A stretch of DNA of 64,000 nt from Octopus bimaculoides (taxonomy: Eukaryota): NCBI RefSeq assembly GCF_001194135.2, contig NC_068981.1, positions 119,085,495 to 119,149,494 of the forward strand, given 5' to 3'. Shown here in pieces: positions 1-13,249 of this stretch (positions within the stretch are counted from its first letter, which is position 1; each line of letters opens with the position of its first letter). The notes beneath the pieces are model-generated. The model worked only from the letters and a program-made list of their open reading frames with translations, did not search any database and had not been told where the DNA came from. A program made the translations under genes and the position numbers.

Positions 1-18
1 TATATATATATATATATA

Positions 19-1242
19 TTGGGTCATCCCATAAATAATGCGGCTTTTTCAATTACATAAACTAAAAGTCGGAGAGGGACGGGATAAACTACCTGCATCA
101 ACTTGCTATAAAAGCAGATAGCAATTTTACCTTGTACTTATTCTTGGTGCAATTTTTGATGAGTGCAGTTCGATTTTAACAGTTATTGTTTCAAAGCCAT
201 AATGGAAGTGACACGAGCTTATTCAGCATATTTTGCTTTATGAGTTCAATGAAGGCAAAAACGCAACGGAAAGTGTGAGTAATATCAATGCAGTATATGG
301 GGATCGGACAAGTGTAAGCCAGAAATTCCGAGCCAGAAACTACAGCCTAGAAGACGAGCCTCGTCCTGGAAAATCTGTAGAGCTCCACGGGAACGTCCAG
401 CAAACTCTGGTGGGACAAAATCCCATCGTAACTATTGAGGAACTAGCAGAGAAGCTTGGATTTGGTCATTCAACTATTTATCGACACCTGCGTGCCATCG
501 GAAAAGTCAGCAAATCGCGTGCAGAGAGTGAATGTATGCTCTTCTTTGCTGTCACGTCTCTCGAATGAACCTCTTTTGGACCGAAGATTGACTGGTAACA
601 GGAAATGGGTTCTCTATAAAAATGTCAAGCGTCGAAGACAGTGAGTGGGGAAAGGAGAAACACCGAAATCCCTGGCTAAAGGTCTTCACCCACGTAAGGT
701 GTTGCTATCTGTTTGGTGGGATATGAAAGGTTTAGTCCACTTTGATCTTTTAAACCCAAACCAAACGATAACAAAGGAGGTCTACTGCGAACAGCTTGAG
801 CGACTTAAGTCAGCGCTAGAAGAAAAACGACTATCTTTGGTTTCAAGATAAAAGGTGTTCTTCCATCAGGATAATACTCGGCCACATACAGTGAGGATGA
901 CATTCCAAAAGCTGGAGCAGTTTCAATGGGAAACGATGCTTTACCCATCATATTCACCAGACATTGCTCTATCTCATTATCATTTATTCCGCAGTCTTCA
1001 AAATCATTTGGACGGAAAAAATATGAATTCTGTAGACGAGGTCAGAACAGTATTGGAGGAGTATTTTTCGTCACAGACAAGTGAATTTTGGAAGAGGGGC
1101 CTTGCAAGTCTAATAGATAGATGGAAGAGCATTATCGAAAATGAAGAAGAGTATATTTTAGATTAAAAAATAACTTTGTTTATCTTAATTTTGAAAAATA
1201 AAGGATGTATTAAAAAACCGCATTATTTATAGGATGACCCAA
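19..1242 (+). mobile_element. Full-length, inactivated mariner (DD34D-type) DNA transposon
   Basis: TIR TTGGGTCATCCCATAAATAATGCGG at 19 has a near-perfect inverted copy ending at 1242, with TA on both flanks. Broken ORFs (233-568, 456-644, 645-851, 855-1166) carry mariner motifs: LTGNRKWVLY, HPRKVLLSVWW, FHQDNTRPH, YSPDIALSHYHLF. Frameshifts and stops are present. Confidence 0.95.
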
Positions 1243-1636
1243 TATATCTGTGCGTCCCCCGCCGCCACCTAACAACCGGCGCTGGTTTGTTTACGTCCAA
1301 CAACTTAGTAATGTGGTGGTGGTGTTGATGATTATGATGACCATGGTGGTGGTGGTGGTAGTAGTGGTGGTGGTGACGGTGATGGTGACGGTGGTGGTGA
1401 TGACAAGGAGAAAGAGGAGGATTCTAAAAATATTTTTGGTATTTAGCCCCAAGTTAGACCCAGTTCAAGCTATTCTAGTTGGAAGCGTCTATTCTTCATT
1501 TTTACGTCACCGCTTACGTAATACTACGTTACCCAAAATATTCTTCTATTCTAAGATACTAGGGTCACTTGGGCGTGATATTTAGAAAAATTCGTTTGCT
1601 ATTTCTAGCAGTTCGAACGACCATGTAGAGGATACT

Positions 1637-1655
1637 TCAGTTATTGTAGTTATTG

Positions 1656-1687
<32 letters not shown>

Positions 1688-1865
1688 GGTGGTGGTGCTG
1701 TTGTTGCTGCTGTTGCTACTGCTACTGCTACTGCTACTGATGCTGGTGTCGTTGATGTCGTTCCTGTTGTTTGTGGTTGTTGTTGGTGTTGCTGCTGTTG
1801 CTACTGCTGCTGCAGCTGTTGTTGCAGTTGCTATTGTTTGCTGTTGTTGTTGCTGTTGCAGATTA
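1637..1865. repeat. Compound trinucleotide microsatellite (GTT/GGT/GCT)n
   Basis: Consecutive GTT, GGT and GCT/ACT runs. They account for the poly-Q/T/N and poly-V/L/C ORFs in the track. Confidence 0.9.
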
Positions 1866-2286
1866 CTAATGAGAATTTGTGAAAAGTTCAAGAATTTTGT
1901 TAACCCCTGTCCGACTCACAATTACAATTCTAATTATCTAACGAATTGTCAACGTGTCAGCCAAGACTGTCGTGTCACCATTCATTGAAAGCAATTGAAA
2001 TGCCTACAACTTGTAATCAATCTAACTTTTATCTACCGTCAACTAATTAGTATAAAGTTTTGAGCTGATGGAAGAAAACAAATGAAAGTTATTTTCGAAT
2101 GACTGGCAACTATTTTCTGTGGTGTTAAAACAATTAATATGGTAAATGCATTTGGCAGCCGGGTTAAAATGTACGCCTCTCAACCTTGGGTTTGGCCCCA
2201 ATGAGCGGCACTGGATTTAATAATACTTCATGAGTCGTGAGTGGAATTTAGTAGGTAGAAACTGCGCGGAAATCCGCCTTTCGTAC

Positions 2287-2320
<34 letters not shown>

Positions 2321-2408
2321 NNNNNNNNNNNNNNNNNNNNNNNNNNNNNNNNNNNNNNNNNNNNNNNNNNNNNNNNNNNNNNNNNNNNNNNNNNNNNNNN
2401 NNNNNNNN

Positions 2409-2453
<45 letters not shown>

Positions 2454-2644
2454 ATTTATGTATGTATGTATATGTATGTATAAATACATATATATACATA
2501 TATATACACAAATATATAATACAAATATATATATAAATATAAATATATATACATATACAGTTATTTTTCTGAGATAGGTTTCGAAAATTCACTTCTTGCC
2601 TTTTTTCGTTCCTGATCTATTTATATACCACTCAACAATGTAAT

Positions 2645-2978
2645 GATAGGCATGGTTGCTTCCCAATCACATGCTTCCAGGTTCAATTCCACTGCGTGGC
2701 ACCTTGAGCAAGCTTCTACTATAGCCTCTGACCGACCAAAGCCTTGTGAGCGAATTTGGTAGACGGAAAGTGAACAAAACCTTCTGTGTGTGTGTGTGTA
2801 CGTTGATTCTTCCCCGGTGTTGGTGTGTTTACGTCTCCGTAAATTAGCGGTTCGGCCGAAGGAACCGATACAATAAGTACCAGGCTTTAAAAGAAATAAG
2901 TACTAGAATCGATTCGTTTTACTAAAATTCTTCAAGGCGGTGCTCCAGCATGGCTGCAGTCTAATGTCTGAAGCAACT
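2645..2978 (+). mobile_element. tRNA-derived SINE, family A (CORE-like centre, internal (GT)n)
   Basis: B-box-like GGTTCAATTCC, then GCACCTTGAGCAAG...GACCAAAGCCTTGTGAG and a tail GGTGCTCCAGCATGGCTGCAGTCTAATG. The same layout recurs at 41790, 53135, 60695 and 63605. Confidence 0.85.
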
Positions 2979-3699
2979 AATTGATGAAAGATATAGACTC
3001 ATAGCGCCGACTACCTGTGCACTCCCAATGATTAATATCTCGCTGAAATACAAGGAGGTCCAGCGAGGTAAGCTGTGTTGTGAAAATATTCTTTATATGC
3101 TATATTCGAGATACATTCTTCCTAGTTGTTTAATTCACGGAGACATAGACTCATAGCACCGACTGCTTGTGCACTCTCATTGCTTAAATATCTCGCTAAG
3201 GTAAACTAAAATTGTACTGTCTCGATTCGTGTGCGCCTATCTCTTATTAGCTCATGGTTTATAAGCAAGCGTCCAAGCTATTAATATTAGTTTCCAGCAA
3301 TATAGCACTGAACGTATTCTTCATTGCCTGACTAAGTTTTTTTTTTTTTTTTTTTTTTTTTCGGTATTAACTCTTTCAAGTTCCTGACCTCTGACAGTAT
3401 TCGTTATGTAAGCAAATATGCTAACGATAAATCATGTTAGCATATTTACTTTTATTAAGTGTACTGTGAGAAGCCAGAAAAGATAAATCATGTCTCAGGA
3501 GTTTATCTTTACAGAAAAATAGCTTCTATGACTAACACATGCAATTTGTTTAACTGTAAATGCTGTCGCCATCGTCATTGTTATTCCCTTTTCAGTAGAG
3601 GCAGATATACCACGTCTGTTATGGTTGTTCTATTGCAAACTTCATAACGTTCAGTCTTAAATCTGGTATATAAAACATAGCTGTCAACATTTTGAAGGA

Positions 3700-5446
3700 C
3701 TTCGAACCCATATAGAGGTCTTAATGTAATCGCTTGACTTGTGAGAAATAGCATCCAAATCCCCTCAAATCCCACCAAATTGGAGATGTCTCCAGATGTC
3801 TGCGCGAGCACGGAAGATCTCCTCAGTAAAATCAGTACTTGCAACCACTCCAACGACCTCACAGGTTGTGTAGTGGGTAGTATGGTTGTGATTTCACTCT
3901 AACCATTTATAGACATAGATTTTGCTGTGGAGAAATGCATTCAGGTAATCTGTGAGAGTGAAGTGGAGTTCTGTAAGATCGACACGAGGGAACTGGGCCT
4001 CCTTCTCAGACTAAGCTACGACAGTGACTATTTAGATGACCATGACCTCAGTAGATTCTTCCCCACCGGGTCACAGAGGGGAAGACCACCCACCATCACT
4101 TCAGCAGGGAAGAAAAGCACCACGGAGCGCTGGAGTGGCTGGACCGCACCCACCCAAAACCCTGAGAATAACAATCAGGTGAAAGAAATGATTGCACATG
4201 CAATAGGGGCCAGTGTAAAAACTACCTTGAAGAACCACATAGTAAAGTTTAATAAAAAAAAACTATACATGCAGGTTCAAGGTGCAGCCGTCGATGTCGG
4301 TGTAACTGGAGACGTGGCCGGCTTCTTCATGACCTGGTGGGACAGAAAACTTAAGCATATGTTAGCAGAACAGTCCACAACTCTTCTACTCTACATTAGA
4401 TATGTAGATGACATTAATATCATAGTTAGGACCAACTCTAGTAACGGTAGTATAGAAACTGAGAGAAAAGTATCAAGGTAATTATAGATTACCTCAATAA
4501 GCACCCCAACAATAGACTCCCCGTACTTGAAACTGAGCTTCAGCTAGAGACTGTAAATAATAGAGTGCAGCTCCTCCACTCCTATTACATGAAACCCGTA
4601 GCTTCAAAATATGTTGTTCACAAGAACTCAGATTTCTCACACAACATGAAAACATACTGATAGCAGACTTAGTTAGGGTAATGAACACTATGTGAACCCT
4701 ATGAAATTAAAAAACGTATACAGAACTTCATGCACCGCATGCAGTTCTCTGGATATGATCAGAAAGATAGGGTTCGAGTATGCAGGGGTGCTAGAAGGAA
4801 ATTAGATAACATTATACGTAATGATGCCAGTAGTACCTGCCCTAGATATACAAACAAAGACTGGAATAGGATACAAAGAACTTGTGTAAAAGAAAACAGA
4901 GCGAACACGTGGTATAATACCAACAAATATCAAGGAGTGATGTTTGTAGAGGCCAAAGCCCATGGAGATCTAGCCCGTATATTTAGAAAAGCCCTGAAGA
5001 AGACCAAACTCAACATTAAGTTTGTTGAAAAGCCAGGGAACTCCGTCAGATCACAACTATGTAGGACGTACCCCTTTGAGAATACCTTGTGCACCAATGA
5101 TAACTGCATGGTATGTAGGATTAGCCCTGTCATTAACTCTAGAACTAGAAACGTAGTTTACAGCATAAGATGCATAGAAGGTGCTTGTAAAGATATAAAC
5201 ATGACATACACAGAGGAGACATCTAGGAGTATTACGGAACGACTAAATGAACATTTGAGACAATATGACAACAAAAAACAGTCCTCCATACTCTACCAAC
5301 ATGCCAAGGACCAACATGGAGGCAACCTAGGTCAACTTCACATCAGCATCTTATCCAAGTACCCAAAGGACCCAACACTCAGACAAATACAGGAGTACAT
5401 CCTCATAAATGAAACTTCCCCAATACTAAATAGGAAATATACATAG
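3700..5446 (+). mobile_element. Penelope-like retroelement remnant (RT plus C-terminal GIY-YIG endonuclease), 5'-truncated and disrupted
   Basis: ORF 3927-4481 has the RT motif LYIRYVDDINII. ORF 4730-5446 has FSGY...R, a Cys-rich linker (CTNDNCMVC) and a GIY-YIG-like RNVVYSIRC...YTEETSRSITERLNEH...LYQH. RT-like sequence with stops extends upstream to about 3700. Confidence 0.85.
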
Positions 5447-6899
5447 TAGATATCAAACCACCATACCCACAGTTTACACAGGTAGAGTAGAATAGTTAGT
5501 GGGTTGTTATGTAGATAGATAGATGTATGTGTGGGTGGGTGAGTATATGTATATATATGTATATGCAAATGTATATAACCATATGAATATGAAAGTAAAC
5601 AGATCAACATACAGACGGATAGGTACATAGGTTATATGAACAGACAAGCACATATATGCACACATATACAAATGAGGGCTGAAACACATGACCATATATA
5701 CACACACTTTACTTCACACAAGGGCACATATGGAGACACACGTCCACACATATGGAGATGCNNNNNNNNNNNNNNNNNNNNNNNNNNNNNNNNNNNNNNN
5801 NNNNNNNNNNNNNNNNNNNNNNNNNNNNNNNNNNNNNNNNNNNNNNNNNNNNNNNNNNNNNNNNNNNNNNNNNNNNNNNNNNNNNNNNNNNNNNNNNNNN
5901 NNNNNNNNNNNNNNNNNNNNNNNNNNNNNNNNNNNNNNNNNNNNNNNNNNNNNNNNNNNNNNNNNNNNNNNNNNNNNNNNNNNNNNNNNNNNNNNNNNNN
6001 NNNNNNNNNNNNNNNNNNNNNNNNNNNNNNNNNNNNNNNNNNNNNNNNNNNNNNNNNNNNNNNNNNNNNNNNNNNNNNNNNNNNNNNNNNNNNNNNNNNN
6101 NNNNNNNNNNNNNNNNNNNNNNNNNNNNNNNNNNNNNNNNNNNNNNNNNNNNNNNNNNNNNNNNNNNNNNNNNNNNNNNNNNNNNNNNNNNNNNNNNNNN
6201 NNNNNNNNNNNNNNNNNNNNNNNNNNNNNNNNNNNNNNNNNNNNNNNNNNNNNNNNNNNNNNNNNNNNNNNNNNNNNNNNNNNNNNNNNNNNNNNNNNNN
6301 NNNNNNNNNNNNNNNNNNNNNNNNNNNNNNNNNNNNNNNNNNNNNNNNNNNNNNNNNNNNNNNNNNNNNNNNNNNNNNNNNNNNNNNNNNNNNNNNNNNN
6401 NNNNNNNNNNNNNNNNNNNNNNNNNNNNNNNNNNNNNNNNNNNNNNNNNNNNTATATATATATATATATATATATATAATACAAATAATATATGAGTATA
6501 TGCATATATATGTACATGTATGTACATACCTTCATCTACATGTATATATAGATGCATATCTGGGTACATGACGTTGCAAAAAAACATGGACAAAATGATA
6601 AACAGGCCACATAGAGAACATTTCCTTCATCAGCTGCTACCATTACAACAACACTGGCGTTTCGTTGGGAAGAAAATTCTGTCGTATTTCAAGATAGAAA
6701 AAAAAGAACAAATGATTATTTGGTCTTAATTGACAGTTTTTGATCAAGATAACATTTCCTATTGTTATTGATAAGATAATCCCATCTATATTGTAAGTTA
6801 ATGATACATCATTTTTTTCAGATTTCGAAGCAAAAACACTCAACTGCTTCATAATTAATAAACTGTTTTCCCTTTAAATAATGCAGCAATGATCTGAAA

Positions 6900-8170
6900 A
6901 GATTATAACCAAATGAAGCAAAGTTGGGAGAGTAAGGAGGATAAGCAAAACTTCCATATTCAGTGCCATAATCTTTTCTTCTTGTCTTGCATTATCGTGT
7001 AAAATAAGTACTCCTTTGTGATTGACCAATGATGGATGTTTTTCAACAAATTTTTGTTTCGTTTTGGTTTAACATTTTATGATAGAAGATACCCTTCGTA
7101 TTTCACCAAACACAGAGCATAACTTTTTTTCAGACACAGTCCTGGGTTAGAGTAAGATTCCCCTTTTTCATTGAGTGCTGCCTATGGATATTTCCGTTGG
7201 GTATGATGATAGAGAATCCATTTTTTTTCTGACAATTATTATCTTTCCTTGATAATACCACGGAAACAGGAAATACCCTATACACATATTTTGATTTGAT
7301 TTACAAATAAAATTCACTTCAATCAAATTGATTCCATCATATCTGCCGGGCTTCTCAGTCTAAGGAAGTGGGGAAATATATTGTGAAAATCTAGGTGGCT
7401 CAAAGTCTCTGCTGTCGCTTCAGCTGTAAGTCACTTTGCATGGTAAACAACATATGCGCAAACGATTTCTAAAGTCATTTGACATAAAGACCCAAGCAAG
7501 TAAAAATGGCTATCCTTCTTGCAGAAGAATAGCCCCAGAAGGTGGCATCATTCTCTATTTTCCACTCCTGATCGAGACATTTAATGCACCTGTCAGTTTT
7601 AACTGACATATTCCGTCGAATATGTTAGTTATCATCAAGAAATCGAACGCTGCAATATTTGGTCTGGCGTATCAAAACAGTCGTGATGAAGTTACCGAAT
7701 CTCAACAATGACAAAGCATCATCTGCAGTAGGGCTTTCTGAGGTTTGTTCATCTTTGTGTTTCACGAAGATGCCCCTACATTTAACAAATTACTGTACGC
7801 TTGGAAAATAGCCAACAGGTTTACAGATTTCCTTCACTTAAGAAGCTGATGCACAGCCAGCACGACGCCTAATATACACAACGCTTACAGCCTTTTCAAG
7901 CTGTTTTATGTCAGCGCGATCTCTTTGTATGAACACTGCTGTACCATTAGGTTCCTTCTGACTATAAAGAGAAACAAGCAGTGGAGATAAAGAATGCAAG
8001 TTACTCCTGTTGTAGACCCACTTTACATAGGTTTGACAGTATCATTGGAAGAGCGTACATGTACTGTACATGTCAGTTAACATGAATCTTCTGTTTACGA
8101 CTTCTCTGTATGTGATGTTGAAATTCATTTTTAAATCTTCGAGTTGTCAATGGCAAATGTTGCGCCACCT
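6900..8170 (-). pseudogene. Highly degraded Gypsy-like pol remnant (RNase H/integrase region)
   Basis: Manual translation gives eroded motifs ADDALSLLR (compare ADALSR) and YHPNGN (compare YHPQSNG) in pol order, with many stops. Boundaries are uncertain. Confidence 0.35.
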
Positions 8171-8180
8171 TCATACAGAG

Positions 8181-8298
<118 letters not shown>

Positions 8299-9849
8299 GT
8301 GCTTTATACTAGGATTGCTGGAAATTGATTGATGCTCATTGGAATGTCAGAAGCTGCTGCATCACAAACAGCCAAGCGTTTTTGAGATCTTTGCTCTTTG
8401 CCGATAAAATAATGTGAATCATCCCATTCATTTCAACATAGATTCAAGTATTGCAATAATCATACAAAATATTTCAGGTATCAGCATGGAAATAGTATAC
8501 ACAGCTAAAATAATAATGCATCCCTGATCGATAAGCTTAAGGATATAAAAGGTCAACAATTTTAAAATAAATATACCAAAGTCAATAATCTAGCAACAGA
8601 AATTTTAAAGGGTCCTCATGTAGCATTAGTATCATATGTAAATGGCCATGACCTCAAATTCACTGCGTGGCAGAGGGTAGCCTATTCTGCTATTTTTACA
8701 ACTTTTAGCAACAAGGAGCTGAAATTTTCTGACTTGAAATTTTTGATGCAGCTGAAAAGATATTCCTGATCAGTCTATTGCTTGTCAAAGTCCATCAACA
8801 AAAAGGCATAGCTTTTCAGTTGTTTCTCCAAGCATTACTGTCATACTCCTTCCTCAGAGTCATACGCTTCCCTCTGTTATCAGGCTCCTCTCTGACTGGG
8901 GCACAAATGATGCACCTCTTTACAACATTACCAAAGCATCATAGAGTTTGCATGACAATAGCTTTTAAATGGGAGGCGTAGCAGTGGTTTCGCCAAACAC
9001 TGCCAATATCCCAAAACGAACAAAACCCGATGAAATTTGTGCTTGCTTTGAATCGTTATCACTTTAAGCCAAAAATTCTCTTGCTACACAGACTTCAATA
9101 AATAACACTGCTGTGTTATTTAGATCATTACAGCTACGCAATGGTACGAGACAATTAGTTAAGAAGCCTATGTCATATGTCATCGAGACAACTACACTCA
9201 CTATATCACCAAAAAAGAGGATCCAATTGTACCCAGAATTTCACTCAAACCAACAGACATGTTCTTTCGATACAGAAGACTTGTTACCGAACATCTAAGA
9301 TTTGCCATGTCAATCAATAAATCCAAGGGATAAACACTGTCAGTTGCTAAACTGCATCTTGAGGAACATTGTTTGGCAGATTTATGTAAGAAACTCAATA
9401 GTTGGAGCCCCCGAGATCTATTTATGTCCCTGTTCATAAAATGAGAAAAACTGTTGCCTTCAGAATTACCGAGGCTGTAATGCAGTAAAGATCTAATAGC
9501 TAATAAGCTGAGGATCATCACGCCTCTGTAATTTCTATTGTCAATGCATTACATACGCAATACTTGGATGTGTGAGGATCTCCTACGTGCTTTGGTCTCT
9601 GCAGGTTTCAAGAATGATTTTGTATACACAAATGGTTACTTCCAATGACTCCTGTTTCTGCTCATTTTTCAAATTATTTTAGGAATTAATAAATATCGGG
9701 AATGAAGGATTAACTGTTTTCGCATTTACTTAATCCTGTGCTCTTAATATGCTTCAGTTAACATGTCATTTACACAAATCAATTATGGAATATACTATTA
9801 CTATCAAGTATATATCTGTAGCACAGATAGATAGATAGATAGATAGATA

Positions 9850-9890
<41 letters not shown>

Positions 9891-10735
9891 ATACATACAT
9901 ACTCACACAATACATATATGCATGCATGCATATATACATATGTTCTCTTCTGTTCTTAATTATTTAAATTCTTTCTCTGAGGCAGGAGCTGGATTCTAAC
10001 CAAAATACAAAGCTCCATCGCAAGGAACAATATCACATTTTAAACATGGTAAAAGTTTTGCGTGTATGTATGTATCTATGTATGTATGTATGTAAGTGTG
10101 GGTGGGTATATAACAGGCTTCTGTATAGTTTAAAACAACCAAATTCCACTCTTAATGCAACAGTCAACACGAAGCTATTGTAGACAGCATCTGCTCAAGA
10201 TGTCACGCAATGGAATTGATGCCGGAACCACATGAAATCCACGCCAACTTCTCAACCTCAAACCAATGCCTGAATCATATATTATCAATGTTCTTGAGAA
10301 AGATATGAATGTTGCCTCTCTTCATTCCTTTTTTTTATATAATTTGCATGGCTTGTCATCTAATATTACCGTAACAAGGCTAATACTGTAAAACATAAAA
10401 CACATCAAGAAAAGAACTCATGGCGAAATAAAACTGAAAACTGTTTTTGCTTATCAGTTGAAACTAATTCATACAATTTACGCTAATGGCCAGATAAAAA
10501 TACAAATATATATACGTAAAAAAAAGTATGGTAGTTATCCAATATCGTTCTCCCCACATCCTTATAAATTTGATTTTGTATGTGAAATCTTAATAGTTAA
10601 GTAATCCTTTTACAAGCAATATGTAAGGTTAGCCGTGGGAATTTTTGCTTCTCTGACTATAAATACCAGTAACGATACACAAGTCAAGACCTGTTGTTGC
10701 CGCCTTCACTTTCCAAACAAACTGACACCTATATA

Positions 10736-10984
10736 TTGGGTTGGTGCATAATTATAGCGGTTTTTTTTAAACAAATTTTATTCAATAAAATCAATAACAT
10801 GTAACAAAAACATCTCTAAATGATTATTCCGGAGCATATTCACCATCTACTTCAATTACTGCTTCCCATTTGCTTGGTAGACGGTCAAACCGTCATTTAA
10901 AGATGTTTTTGTTAAATATTGTTATTGTTTTTGTTGAATAAAATTCGTTGAAAAAATAGCCGCAATAATTATGCACCAACCCAA
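10736..10984 (-). mobile_element. Mariner-derived MITE (249 bp) with about 90-bp inverted arms
   Basis: TIR TTGGGTTGGTGCATAATTAT at both ends, flanked by TA. The internal ~70 bp encodes a transposase C-terminus (FDRLPSKWEAVIEVDGEYAPE*) on the minus strand. Confidence 0.9.
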
Positions 10985-11595
10985 TATAATATTCTAAAAA
11001 CTGGTGAGCTGGCAGAAAAAGAAGCTTTGAAGTGAACTTTTAGGGAAAATATATCCAGAGTCATGTTATGCCTGAGAAACCAAATCAAAATGAGCGAAGA
11101 AATGTTAATTAGTTCAAAATGTAGTGAGTGGAAATAATCATCTGGCTAATGAAGAATTCATGCCAAAGTCAATCACGAAATTTTAATTATATAATATAAA
11201 TTAAATATGGAATCTAAGCAATGCAGTGGTGAATGGTTCTGATCTTGGTAATACGTTCGGTCTCCTCAGTGAAGTACCATGTTAACACAGCTCGGACTTT
11301 TGATTCTTTCTACTTACCACGATGTGTGTGTAATTAACATCAGTTTTACTATTTAGTTTCATGTAAAATGCGTCGCGAGGTACTTTATCCAGGAGACCTT
11401 ATTTAATATCAAACCACTCAATGTTTATTCGTTATACATACTAACTCACACACACACACACATATATTATATATATATTATACATATATATATATATATA
11501 TACATATATATATAATGGTGGTGTTGTTGTTGTTGTTGTTGTTATTGTTGTTGTTGTTGTTGTTGTTGCTGTTGTTGTTGTTGTTGTTATTGTTA

Positions 11596-11860
11596 TTACC
11601 TCCGCCAAGGAAGGAGGTTATGTTTTCATCGGCGTTGGTTTGTCCGTCTGTCCGTCTGTGTGCAAAATAACTCAAAAAGTTGTGAATGGCATTTAATGAA
11701 ACCTGCAGGAAAAGTTGGTAATGGCACAAGGAACAGGTATGATGAAATTTTGGTAGTGATCCGGGAATTTTTATGGATTCTTGAAGGATTTTTTCATTTG
11801 TTATATTTACTTTACATGAAGTATTACAATGTTACGTTCTTTGATTATCTCCCTTAAAAA
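11596..11860 (+). mobile_element. Non-autonomous Helentron/HINE-like element, 5' part
   Basis: TTACCTCCGCCAAGGAAGGAGG (CCTCC/GGAGG stem) followed by TTATGTTTTC, a (GTCC/GTCT)n microsatellite and ...TGAAATTTTGG. This matches the DINE-1/HINE layout from memory. The 3' end was not found. Confidence 0.55.
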
Positions 11861-11887
11861 CACGTTCATCGTTTCCACGTAACCTAT

Positions 11888-11947
11888 GGTGGCGTTGCTG
11901 GTGGCATTGCTGGTGGCGTTGCTGGTGGCGTTGCTGGTGGCGTTGCT
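11888..11947. repeat. 12-bp minisatellite (GGTGGCGTTGCT)x5
   Basis: Five tandem units, one with a G>A change. Confidence 0.9.
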
Positions 11948-13249
11948 GTTTCCAAAGTTTTATTTTCGTTTCTCTATTAGTAATTTTACTCGCGTATCTA
12001 TGGGCTCTTGAGGGATGATTGATACTATACTGACCACAGAGGGATGTAAAGTAGGTAGGTGGGTTTAGTTTCGTAAGTATACAGATACCTCTTTTATCAA
12101 GCAAAAGAATAAAAGAATAGTCTTCAACATTTCAGAACAAAAAACAAAAGCATTTACAAGCAATCCAGTAAAACGCACAACTTTGCAGGTCAAACAATAA
12201 AGTGAACAACAATAACAATAACAATAACAATAACAACGTTGATGATCAGAAAGGAAGCATTGTTGTCACGATTCCAAACATCCCAGAATAGCACAGAATT
12301 CATTTAAAAACACATTCTTCCGACTTACAAATCAATATAAAAATAAGATAAGTAAATGTGACACAAATCCACCTGTTCTACAACATAACATGAACGGTTT
12401 TGTAAATAGCTTAATAAATTTTTGCATGTTTTTATAACCATCATTTGCAATTTACAAAGCAATAATTTAAGAAACAGTCTTAAAATCATGTAACAAAAAA
12501 CTATCCATGATAGAGCCTTTTCAATGGAGTAGGTGGTCTTACAATTTAAGTTTAATTTAAATCTTGCATTTAATATGTCATAAATGACATTCACAAACTA
12601 ATGAGTACGATGCTACACTAGATAAACAGGTTTTCAAAATATAAATCAACAATATAGTAAGTACCACGATATAATAAATTTATGCATATTCCAGCTGACC
12701 TCACTAACCGTCCCTCTAGGCTCAACATTTTTACACTCTCACGAGTGCCTTCATTGTAGAAGACTTTAATACTCTCAACACATCCTGGTTTCCAAACAGT
12801 GGAGAAAACAAGAGGAATGAAACAGCAGCATCGCATTCGGGTTCCCCTACATATCAAATTACCTACACCAACACACACACATATATCTTACTAAAAAAAC
12901 ATACGGTAATTCTTCCCCTAATATCCCCTTCTGTTCAGTGCACTTAACTACTACAATCAGTTGGCAAACAATGCTTTAATGTTACTTGAATTATCGCAAA
13001 ACACTTGTACAAGTTAGGGAAAATATCATGCACACAAACTTTAAAAATTGTTACAATCTCAACCAGGAGCAGAACCAATATTTTCTGAATTCAACAATTC
13101 CACAATTACCAACATAAGCTCTGCAGTACATACGTTCAACAAAATAATTATAGACGCATCTAAGAAACATTTCATAAAGCAACATTAGAATGCAACCCAA
13201 TTATAGAAAAAAAACAGAGCAAAATACACCAAAACCACTCAGAAGCAAA

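Noticed and set aside
1250-1988. Poly-V, poly-Q/T/N and poly-L/C ORFs
   Set aside because: They are translations of trinucleotide microsatellites, open on both strands with no domain content.
5636-6593. Long ORFs of 250-350 aa here and at 16909-17985, 22537-22803, 31495-31981 and 52887-53432
   Set aside because: They are artefacts of N-gaps and flanking (TA)n/(GT)n repeats.
8300-9540. Further Gypsy-like RT/integrase traces on the minus strand
   Set aside because: The motifs are too eroded and out of the expected order to support a call.
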